From the NCBI GenBank assembly GCA_964252035.1, contig OZ176208.1: a stretch of DNA of 64,000 nucleotides. The stretch is one strand, 5' to 3'. How positions within the stretch are numbered: the stretch's first letter is position 1; each line of letters begins with the position of its first letter. The position numbers were made by a program, and so were the translations under genes. This DNA is from Podarcis erhardii. Its lineage: Eukaryota. Below are positions 25,861 through 38,100 of this stretch, in pieces. The notes under the pieces are model-generated. The model saw only the letters and a program-made list of their open reading frames with translations. It was not told where the DNA came from and searched no databases.

Positions 25861-28800
25861 GGAAGGAAGGAAGGAAGGAAGGAAGGAAGGAAGGACACTT
25901 CTCTTTCTCAGACTGATAAACCACATTTTATCTGACCAAGAATATTGTACTTGAACCAAGCTTTTCAATTAATCATGGAACAAAAATTGGAGACAGAAAG
26001 TAATAAGCTTTGTGCATGGTAGTTATCCATCATCTTTATGAGTAAACACAGAAAAATAAACACAGAAAAGTGCTACAAAGCCAGAAATGTTAGCATTTGA
26101 CTACTGAAGTGGACAGTATGGTATGGTGAATGAAAGAGGGGAATCCTGGGGATGCTTACTCTAACACTAATGCATTTACTGTTGCACAGTTAACACAAAT
26201 TGTGATGTTCAGCTGGTGGAAAGTGATAGCATCTGAGCTTACAAGCTGGCACTCTGAGCAGTATGTAAGTTCAGGGCATTTGTTCTGTGGATCTGAAAAA
26301 AACCTAAAGGAATGTCAGGAATGGCAATTTCTGAATTTGTGTGTAAGAAATTTACTTTAAATATTTTATCTCATCTTTGATTCCATACTGTCTCATGGTG
26401 ACTAATTTAAAAATGTAACTCATAAAGAAATTATAACTAACAAAAAACAGCAGCTACCAAAGTAGCAGATAAAAAGAATTGTGCCATGGCAAAAAGGAAG
26501 ATGCTCAGCAGTGGTGTCAAATGGAAAATCACTTGTTCTTCTAGTGTTCACCTAATTCCACTTGGAATATGGGATGTAAGATGTTATTTGAGACTCCTGC
26601 CGCTTCTGATGAGAATAATTTTGCTAGAAACTTGTCCTGAAAGATGAAGCTGGGGGTGTACAATTGCAAAAAGCTCTGAGCAGAAATTCTTGTTTCTTGC
26701 TGCCCTCTACAGCACAATAAGTGAATCAAAAGGATGTGTCCCATGATGACTGTGGGGAAAGGGCTGCTTTATTTGACTATGTATTGATGATGCTCTAAAA
26801 AGTTGTTCATCACTTTAAAGAGTTGCACACTAAAGACAGACCCTCAGTGGAAGCACCCAATCAGCTGTAGCTGCCTTCTTCACAAACCATCACCACTGGG
26901 GGTAAATCAGTGTGCTGAATGAATATCAAATTGCCAGGAAAATAAATATGAATAACATATATTTTATTATTTCATTCATGTACTTCCCTTCCTCCAAGGA
27001 GCTAGAGGCAGTGTATGTGGTCCATCCTTCTTTTAATTTTTTTATTCTCAAAACAACAACATAGGAAATTAGTTGAAAGGAAGTGGTCGAAGGTCACCCA
27101 GTGAGCTTTATGGGTTAAAGGGGGTTTGAACTAGGTCATCTCACTCCAAATTCAACACTCTCTAACTACTTCATCATGATTATTCAGACACCTGATTATT
27201 GAAAGGCGACATGGGAATGGGTGGCTACATTTATTCTCCCATCCCTGAAAAGTCATGCATGCTGTCCAAAATTGACAGCACTAGCTGCCTGTCTGGCCAA
27301 GTACCATGAACTCACCCTAGATGCTGTATATGGCTCCCATCTCTCCAAATAACATTTTTCTTCAAGTTTCAGGTAGTGATGCAGAACTTTTCACATACAG
27401 AGATGCACCTGTCAGTACTATATGAGTAGCTTATTTTATAATGGCTGAAGGAGGTGGTTGGGCTGTCATCATCCTGCATACTACTTCAGAATGCTTGACT
27501 TCAAAATGCAAAATTAACATGCTTTCCTTGGGTGGTCCAAATTCTGCCCCAAATCGTGCATTTATCTATCATTGAGAGTTACATAGATCCTGAAAAAGAA
27601 AGCATATATACTGCATCCCCGAATGCAACCAAACATGCTTCTATTTGTTGTATAATAGTGCTTTTTTAAAAAAGAAACAGCAGCACAAAGTAATCTGATG
27701 TAATCTTCTTGAAAAACCCATCATATTTTCTGTATTGTGTGTACACAACAATCCTTTGGAGGACAAGCTGAAAAGGAGGAGTTCAAACAACCACAGTGTG
27801 ACAACTCTCAAATCAAATCTCACTTCACCATGAAGTCCCCTCCATCCCTTTGTTTTTGTTTCACTCTTTCTTTCCTATTATTTGTGTTAATGTCTGTGTG
27901 TCATCAGTGTGCCATGTCATTTCCAACACTTTGATCAGTGTGTGCCTTTTCCTCCCCTTTCTCCTTCACAATTCTTCCAGACGGGTCGCATAAACCCAGA
28001 TGACATAGATTTAGAAAATGAACCCTGGTATAAATTCTTTTCTGAGCTGGAGTTTGGACGCCCGGTAAGTGAGGCTAGAATATTAATAGATAAACTTTAG
28101 GAAATAAGATGCAGTTTATACTTTTCTAGATCAAATTGTCTAGATTCCAGACATGCTTCAGTGACTTAAAAAAGGAATAATAGATGCACACTGTCAAAGG
28201 TCTCGTGTATTAGATATTGTGGTTGTGGTATATACATTTGGAATGTTTGAAGAAAATCCACTAAAGCTCAGAGAATGTTTCATAATAATGGCTCACCAAA
28301 CTGAACTTCCTTTAATAGTTTTTCCTGAGCCCTTTACTATTGAAAACAGAGATGATCACTAATTTGGAGTACTGATTCCTGAGACTAATATGTAGATGAC
28401 AAGAAAAACATAGCATGTTACACTTTTTATTAAAGTTTTACTATGCTTGTTTAGATTTAATAATGAAATTGATCATTACTCTAATTAGACCCTAAGAGAT
28501 CTTCTGCCATAGTTGCAGAAACACAAAATCAGTGATAATGAAATAAGTAGAGAAAGAGACCAGCATCTTCCACACTGCACCACAATGTTAACAGAAATGC
28601 CAAATACAGAGGATGAGTATGTCTGGGTCTGTACCTTAGTCTGGTAGGCGATGATCAGTGAAGTTTGTATCAGAATTCAAAGAGCAAATTACAGAAGCAT
28701 CCCTAGCTGTTCATTCAAGTCCAACAAAATGAATGAAGGTGGAAGGGAGAGAAGCAGAACTTTGCACCCCAGAACACTTTTCCCTCACCCTAAAAATCAG

Positions 28801-31800
28801 CAGAGATCTAAATAGGAGCTGGTGATATATTTGAATGGTTTTTCTTGACATTTGTTTGTCTTGTAAGAATTAAGGCGGCTGATTTTAAACTAGGCAAGGG
28901 TTTAATAAGATGGTTGTATACTTTCTGTTGCACATTCTCCACATTCACTATTCCCCACACTTTTGTTATGTTTGTGCCACTCTTGTAATCTGTCCACACT
29001 CAGTTTCTAACTATGTTCACCTTCTCCACATGTTCCATTCCTTGCTGCCATTGATTCTCCTCCATTTCATCTCGCAATTCTGCTAAAATGATGCAGCCTC
29101 CTAAAAAGCTTTTGGATTATGTTCGAGACAATCCTCCAGGTCTTTCCAATGAGGTAAATTAAGCATGTTTCTTCTTTCAATGATTAAAACTCGGGAACGG
29201 CATACATCATGAGTTCTCTTTCGCTTGGTTTCTATGTAGTGCTCACAGACACAACACCCTATAAACGGCCCTTCTAATTAAGTACAATTATAACTCGGTT
29301 TCTTTCTAGCATCAGTGGAGGGTCCCTAATACGGGCAATGGGGCAGCACACTGTACTCTCTTGTCCTGACTTGTGCATACAAGACATACTTGCTTCTCCA
29401 CAAAGTTCCATTCTGACTGCTGCACATGCTCATTGCTCTTCTTCTGACCTGTTCTGTGTCTTGCCGCCGCCTCTGTGCCTTCCCCTCTTTCTCTCAAGGG
29501 AAAGAACTAGGTGGTGTTGTTCTTCAGTGTGAAATTGCCTTAAGCAGGATGTCCAGGTCCAGTGTTCTGCTTATTTACCCTGGAATTTCTGGGATTTGCA
29601 CAGTGGACACAAATCAGGGCACAGGGGTTGGAGTTTTGGTGGAATGTTGTTGCTGGTGGTTGCTCCCAGCAAGTCATGTTGCCTAAGAGTACAGCTAGGC
29701 AGCAGCAAGAGAGGGAGAGGTTGGTAGCTGGCATCTCTCAGCAGACCAGTGGCACATGTGAGAGGAATGGATTGGAGGAATCAAGACAAGGAAAAGCGGA
29801 GACTAGGCAACTTGGCAGTGGCCCCTCTCTCTAATCCAGCAGCATAGAAAGTAGAAGGCAGTTCTTGTCATCTAGACAATATGCACATCCTCCGATTTGA
29901 GAGCCTTGGTATCCTTCGTGTATCAGAATGTAACAGAGTGTAGCAGTATGAATATTTTACAGTTTAGCAGGACCAGAAAACAAGCCTTCAAAATGAAACA
30001 AACAGGACTGTTTTGGTAATATTCAAATACCTCGATGATGCTCTCCAGGTACCGTTAACTTGCACTATTGTATATCTCCTTTTCACTTTTAAAAATAAAA
30101 TTTGGTGACGATTTGGTGATGCATTTTGCAGCTGCAAATGACAGCTGCAAATCAGTTAGTACCTGCCCCCGAACAGGCAATTTATAATGAGCAAATTAGT
30201 TTGCTCAATGTCACAAAGATTGTGAAAACAGTTTTCCCTTGAGACATTAAATTCAGCAGGAAATGTATTTCCACCTTGCTTAAAGGAAAACGAGGCCTAT
30301 TTATTTTAGAAAATGCAAAGTTAAACAGTTCTGACGTTTTCTCTCTCTTTTGTTGTCAGTTTAAAACAAGGCAGTGGTTTAAGATTTCCATGAGACAGCA
30401 AGAAAAGATAGGGACAGCATCGAGGGGGTGGAATGGGAAGCAATTTGAAGAAACATTTAAAATGCTGAATCATTTCCTGAAGCGATTCTAAATAGAGTAG
30501 CCACCATATTTTGCCCCTATCAAAATACAAGACAGATATGGAGGTTTCTGTATGTCTGAGGAAATATTGAGGGAAACTTAGTACCCTGCATTGCAGAAAG
30601 TTGGACTAGATGACCCTTGAGGTCCCTTCCAACTCTACAATTCTATGATTAGCCAAATTTCTTGGAGATGTGTGGTTTTCATATCTCTTCATTGTTCATG
30701 AAATGCAGTATAAGCAACATTTGAAATTATTTGGGCGGTCGTATGTAGGCAATGTTACACATTCAGGGAAGAATCATTGCTTAAGGAAATGTTTTGTGCA
30801 TGAGATGGATGCAGGCTGGCCCTACCTTTAGGCAGAGTGAGGCATAGGGAATAGCCACAAGGTTCTAAAGAATAGAGCAGTGCATACCATACAGCTTGCC
30901 GTTTCCCCCAGGTGGGGTAGACCATACTGTCCTACTGCAAGTGTTAACGTAAGATTCAGCTGCCTGTCAAATGAGCTTCTGGAGATAGAATCTTAGCCTT
31001 CACTCCCAGCAGTAAAATGGAATTGGTCAGCCCTGGCTGCATGCTGATGCACAAGCAGTTAAACAAAACAGGAAAGGTATCACTTAATATTCATTTAAAC
31101 CCAGAAGGATGGTTTATTTCTCTTGGGCTGGGTGTTCATCAGTATGTGGATGATACCCAGCTCTACCTCTCTTTTAAATCAGAACCAGTGAAGGCGGTGA
31201 AGGTCCTGTGTGAGTGTCTGGAGGCGGTTGGAGGATGGATGGCGGCTAACAGATTGAGGTTGAATCCTGACAAGACAGAAGTACTGTTTTGGGGGGACAG
31301 GAGGCGGGCAGGTGTGGAGGATTCCCTGGTCCTGAATGGGGTAACTGTGCCCCTGAAGGACCAGGTGCACAGCCTGGGAGTCATTTTGGACTCACAGCTG
31401 TCCATGGAGGCACAGGTCAAATCTGTGTCCAGGGCAGCTGTTTACCAGCTCCATCTGGTACGTAGGCTGAGACCCTATCTGCCTGCGGACTGTCTCGCCA
31501 GAGTGGTGCATGCTCTGGTTATCTCCCGCTTGGACTACTGCAATGCACTCTACGTGGGGCTACCTTTGAAGGTGACCCGGAAACTACAACTAATCCAGAA
31601 CGCGGCAGCTAGACTGGTGACTGGGGGCGGCCGCCGAGACCATATAACACCAGTCTTGAAAGACCTACATTGGCTCCCAGTGCGTTTCCGAGCACAATTC
31701 AAAGTGTTGGTGCTGACCTTTAAAGCCCTAAACGGCCTCGGTCCAGTATATCTGAAGGAGCGTCTCCTCCCCCATCGTTCTGCCCGGACACTGAGGTCCA

Positions 31801-32076
31801 GCTCCGAGGGCCTTCTGGCGGTTCCCTCACTGCGAGAGGCCAAGTTACAGGGAACCAGGCAGAGGGCCTTCTCGGTAGTGGCGCCCGCCCTGTGGAACGC
31901 CCTCCCATCAGATGTCAAAGCGATAAACAACTACCTGATATTCAGAAGACATCTGAAGGCAGCCCTGTTCAGGGAAGTTTTTAATATGTGACATTTTAGT
32001 GTACTTTTCATCTTTGTTGGAAGCCGCCCAGAGTGGCTGGGGAAACCCAGCCAGATGGGCGGGGTACAAATAATAA

Positions 32077-32121
<45 letters not shown>

Positions 32122-35100
32122 TAACAAATCAACCTTAAATCAAGGTTTGTTCTTGGTTTATGAATCCTGGCTTGTTAGGGAAAAACAAACCACTATTCTA
32201 TATTGTTAAGTAAGCTATCACCTTCATTATTTGTTTATTCATTTCCATGAAGCAATGAAATTGGTGACTAAACTCAAATAAGTTTTTCACATCTCCAATT
32301 CTAAAGCTTTTTTCTCTGCAAACTCCACTGGAATAATTCTCATTTCATCATATGCTGAAGACACATTTCTTTACCTTGGTCTTTGATATCTGAGAGATGT
32401 TTTAGGACCTACCCTATTCTTTTTTGATAGACATTTGCTTAAACTGATTTTAATATTATGTTTTTATATGTTTAAAAACTTGCCCTGGGACCTTATGGTG
32501 GAGGGTGGGTAAGAAATCTAAATACCGTATTTACTAGAGTCTAATGTGCCATCAAATCAAATGCACACCTCAATTTTCAGAACCTTGAAACCAAAAAAAG
32601 TATTTGCTGACAAATGTAAATGTGCTATTGAATCCAATGCAAACCTTAATTTTTGCAACATAATTTGGCAAAAAAAGGTGATCATTAGATTTGAGTAAAT
32701 ACGGTAATAATAAATAATAATAATACACATAGTGTCTTGTCTCATCAGCATCTATTTCCTGATCAAATTGGTGTGTGTGAACTTTCTTAAAATGTTACAC
32801 TTTTAAAGTGCATACTAAATTAATGTTGATCATTTTCTAGGTTTCAACTGCATTTCTATTATATTCAAAAATACTACTTCTCTGCCTTTAAAATATGATC
32901 TTGGATACTTGTTGATAACGACTTCTGCATAACTTGGTTTCCAAGGAAAAAATTTGGAGATGTTGAAAATGTGTATGCTGCTTTGGTATTTTAGCTCCCA
33001 CAGGAGTCAGTGATGGCCACCAACTTGGATGGCTTTAAAAGAGGGTTATAATAATAATAATTTTATTATTTATACCCCGCCTATCTGGCTGGGTTTCCCC
33101 AGTCACTCTGGGCGGCTACCAAGAGAACACTAAAAACAGAATAAGACTTCAAACATTAAAAACTTCCCTAAACAGGGAAATTCGTGGAGGAAATGGCTAT
33201 TGATGGCTACTAGTCACAGTGACTATGGTTTACCTCCACAGTTGGAGGCAGTAGGTCTCTGAATACCAGTTTCTGAGATCTGAAGGAGAGGAGGTACACT
33301 TAGGTCTTGCTTGTGGGCTTCCCACAGACCTCTGTGAAAAATGGATGCTGGACTAGATGGACCACTGGGCTGATCCAGCAGGCTCTTCTTATGTTACTTA
33401 AATATCTCTGACAGATCTTGTTCTCGGGTAACAGATTACTTTTGTGTCTTGTTACTGAGGAGGGACTGTAGCTCAGTAGTGGAGCTCATGCTCCACATTC
33501 AGAAGGTGCCAGGTTTAATTCCTAGCTTCTCCAGGTAGCAGGTGATGGGAAAGGCCTGATACCCTGGAGGTCCAATGTCTGTCACAATGGACAAAACTGG
33601 GTTAGGTGGCAGCTACCACATAACAACTTCCTTTGTTTCTGTGTTCTACTATACAATGCATTTGTAATGAATGCCAGTTGTGGTAAAAGACCTTGATGTC
33701 AGTAGTCAGCATGTTTAGGGATCTGGCAAGTGCCTGCAGATTGGCAGGGACTCACTGCTGACTGGATCCCCCAGAATAGCTACTAACACTATAAGAGGCA
33801 GAGCAGATTCAGCAGTCCACTGGCCTTCTCTCCTGCTGGGCTCCCAGTCCCCACTGGGTGGTGCACAGCAACAAGGAGGAGGACGGAACACAGGAATAGT
33901 CTGGTGCCCAGGCTCAATAAATTCTGGAGTTCATTCTGGGTGGGTGGTGATGCAAAATCTCTTTTGCCGTCTCTCTCGGCACAGCAAAAAAAGAAATTAC
34001 TGAAGTGATATATAAGAAAATTAAAACGTAAATACGAATACAAGCTCTGCTGTCATTCGCCGAAAGTAAATGAGTTCACCCAGATGCAATGCAATAGCAG
34101 ATTGCTTCCTATAATACATTTTATGTGTGATTTCAGCCTGGCCTCCTGCTTTTCCACAAAGAACAGTAGCACAGTGTGAAAATTCTATTTTCAGTTCCTT
34201 GGGTCATCTCTGAAATTACATAGCCTGAATCTAAAATATGCTTAATATGTGAATGCATAGTTTTGTGCCCATGAAAAGATGTCCCTGGGATAACATGATT
34301 CTTTTTCTAGCTCCCACAAACTGTAGTACGATGTGTGTCTAATTCCAGCGCAAGCTTTCACACCAGTTAAGTGACTAGATTAAAAATAGTGTGTCACTAA
34401 GGACTGAACATATATTGACAAGTTTTAAGTATTTGCATTCCCAAAGGTCATTCGGCTGTCACTTCTTAAGCAACGGAAAAAGTCTTTAGGTTGGTGGGAC
34501 CAACTCTGCTCTTAACATGAAGTTAAGAAGGTCACCAAGTGGCCGTGCAAGTTATAGATGTGTAAGCTATGTATACAGAGAATTTCAAGCTTTCTTTGAC
34601 ATTAATACTTTGGTAAGTAATTATAGGATATCTCAAGTCTCTCATTTACTGATTGATTAATGTATTTATCTGAGGTTTTATAGCTTCCACCTTTTAGCCA
34701 ATGTAAATCATAGCACCTATCATTTTGGGAACAAGCTTAAAAAGGAACAGTTTGCTGCTTGACCTTTCAAGTATTAAATGAGGGACATAAAATTAACTTT
34801 GAAAGCTGCCTCACTTCTAATTTTTTAAGCTTCTCTTGGTGTGATAAATTATGGTGTTCCTATAGTCATTGCATAGTGATTTCTTATGAATTATACCAGT
34901 GAAATCCCATATAAAAGACTAACTGTCTTGCTTGTTTGTGCCTCCAGACTTCCTTATATTACAGTCCAACAGATAGAGGCTTGGGCAGACCTTCTAGGTA
35001 AGAATAACTTTGATCAATGAAAGTAGGGGGGGGCTGTACAGAGACTTCAAGCTCATCTATAGAGCAGCTTGCATTTGAAAGTAACTGGACTTGGTCTTCC

Positions 35101-38100
35101 TCCTACAGGAAGACATTTCCATATAGCCTTTTTGGGTAAAGCACAGACTCCACCCCTCCCTATTTTTGCTATGCCCAGACTGATATGCATGTTTCTGGCT
35201 GGGACTCCTTACCTCAGTACAAATCTAATAATCTGTTCTTGTCCCTTTCTGTTTGAATATGAAGCATAATTTGTCCTGATGCTCCACACACCATCAAATT
35301 TCCCTCCTCTCTGTTTTCAGCATCTCCATCGTAATATTTGTTAGTGTGGTTAAAATGTTTGCATTCTCATTTTGTGTTGTTTTTCAAGTGCCAAGCCCAT
35401 GAAGTGAAAGGATGTATGTTGCTGCTAGCCATGTTTATCGTGCATTCAGATTAAGAATAATGTAACCACCAGCTCTCCATTAGGCTTATGTCAACTGTCT
35501 GTAAATTATATAGCAGCAGTAGAAGCCTCCCTTCTTGCCTGGAAACCATGGTTTTGGAAAATGCTTTGAATTTATTAAGGTACCCCCTAATTGGAAGTGA
35601 AAAACAGTCAGGTTACACTGTCACTATCACTGGACTTGTTGTTATTAGTGTCATGCAGTGCTTCAGGAAGCATTCTGTTCTTCAACAAAATCATAGTTTG
35701 GTCATTATGTTTCACATTTTCCATTCAGTTGCTAAACTGCAAAAGAGATGCTGTAGGGAACTGGAACTTGTGTTGTATTGTTTTGTGTTCTGTCAAAAAG
35801 AAGAGTCAAGGCCACAAAGTTGTCAACCAACAGACCCCAGCTCTGATTCTTGCCAACTTAAAAGAGCTTGAGACATGTAAACAAATAAATCGGGATCAAA
35901 ATGAGATTGCTGTCACACTATTTGGGCTAATCATCTTGTTGTTTTGTTTTTATTAGTAGTACGTAATTAAGTCAGCACTGGCTGATGAGTACATCACTGA
36001 AGTTTTTTTAACACGTCCTGTGCAGTGACACTCATACTGCTTATTTCCTTAGTTCAACAAGTACGGCAAGTGACTACAGAAAAAGAAGGAAGTCTGAGCC
36101 AGCAGTACCACATCAGAAGGCACACAGTGATCAAAATGCAAATCGGGCTAGTGTGGGCCATACAAATACGCAGAGCACATATTCTACACTTAGGAAGCCT
36201 GTTACAACCTCTTCTCCATCGTCTCCATCAAAAGCAAAAGGTAAGAAATTAGCACAGTTGTAAACAGGCTACGATGTAATTATACAAACATTCCTTATAA
36301 ACTGCAAAATATTGTTGAGCTGTTGATGGATGCTGAATGCTATTAGATGGTTAAGCATTCACTGATCTCTCAAATGTCTACAAGCAAGAAGTCAAAATTC
36401 TGTGCTTATACAGTGGTACCTCACAAGCCGAATGCCTCGTAAGACGAAAAACTCGCAAAACGAAAGAGTTTTCCGTTTTTTGAGTTGCTTCGCAAGATGG
36501 ATTTCCCTATGGGCTTGCTTCGCAAGACGAAAACATCTTGCAAGTTTGTTTCCTTTGTCTTGCAAGTTTGTTTCCTTTTTCTTAAAACCGTGCATTCACT
36601 TCGAGGAGCAACTCATAGCACACGGTGAGGTAGCCTTTTTTGAGGTTTTTGAAGACTCTGGTGATTTTTGAAGCTTTTCCAAAGTCCATGCTTCGCAAGA
36701 CGAAAAAATCGCAAGACGAAAAAACTCGCGGAACGAATTAATTTTGTCTTGCAAGGCACCACTGTATTTATATTCATCCTCTGGGGTTTGGGTATTTTAA
36801 AAAGTTCTCTATATGAAGATTATTGTGTTTTTTGTTTTTTTAAAATGCAGTCAGCATTTGTGACTGTAATGTATGACATGCCATTTAATTGCATTTCTTC
36901 TGTTGTCTGGACAGAAAAGAATGTTCTATTTTTGAAGATATAAAGAATGTTATACCTTCTGTCATACACAAGAGTTTGAATGAGGATATGGATCTCAAAA
37001 ATAAATGGGGGCACACATTTTCCCCCTACACACAATAGAGACCTCCTAGTAGGCTATGGCTGTGGGTACTAGAGCATTATAACAACCAACTCTCATTTGT
37101 TCACAGTTAAACTGAATTCATCATAAATCTTACCAAGGGTGCAGCCTCTTAAGGAAAGGGAAAGATAGTTTAGAAGTGTCTAGGTTAGAAGTCTGTCTCT
37201 ACATTTCTTGCTATGCCTTGCTATCAGTTTCTGAACAGGATGTGTGGTTCGACTTGCCTGCTTTGATTGCCCTAAAGAGGTGACATGATCACTGCGTATA
37301 AACCCATGGATTTTCATATGGTCAGAAATGAGACAATCCTGGTAGACTTGCTGGAAACAGGTGCTCTGTCCTCCCACCGCAACCTATAAAAATATTTAAC
37401 TGTTAGTAGAAGCATGAGTTTCTATTTGCTGAACCTTTAGATTTTAACAGTGCAATCCTATACCTGTGTACTCAATCAAAAGTAAGTACCATTGATTTCA
37501 ATGAGGCTTACACCCAGTAAGTGTGTAAAGGATTGCAGCCCAGGGTCTAATAAATGCTTAGATCTGTTTTTCATCCCCTATGCTTTGGTAATGTGTATCT
37601 TACATTAGTGTTTAATGCTAGGTTAGGAAGACTAACTGCCTTCTCTCTGTTCTTTCTGGCATGTGCTGATTGTCTTATTTCCTATCTGCTTTTGAATCTG
37701 TTAATTTCTGGCAATGTCTCTTTTTCACCATGCTGCTCTGTGGATTATAAAGGTGGGGATATTAGCAAAGTGTGTTCACCCCTTTCCAGTTACTCAGTGC
37801 CCAACTACAGCAGCTCAAATGAATTAGATTACTGTAGAACCTATGGACAGCGCTTGGCTGTGCCAAGTGACTCAAGAAGGGCAATCAGCTACAAGAATGG
37901 CTGGCAAATGTCCCGTCAGAATGCAGAAATCTGGAGCAGCACGGAAGAGACTTCCTCTCCCAAGCGGAAATCTCGCAGTTGTGATGACCTGCTAGCAGAT
38001 GATCGTTGTAGCTTTCCTGACCCACAGAATAAATCGGAAAGCATGGTGTCTCTGTTATGTGAGGAAGATTTGAAAGGTGGCTCCACACTTACCTGGGCTT

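Noticed and set aside
31017-31991. 324-aa ORF as a novel host gene or domesticated reverse transcriptase
   Set aside because: It is the 3' part of an L2 ORF2 with L2 UTR and tail; the RT N-terminus and endonuclease are missing and YADD is mutated.
37554-37752. N-terminal 66 codons of the 594-aa ORF
   Set aside because: Intronic pyrimidine-rich sequence upstream of the real acceptor at 37752; homology to SORBS2 begins at GGDISK.
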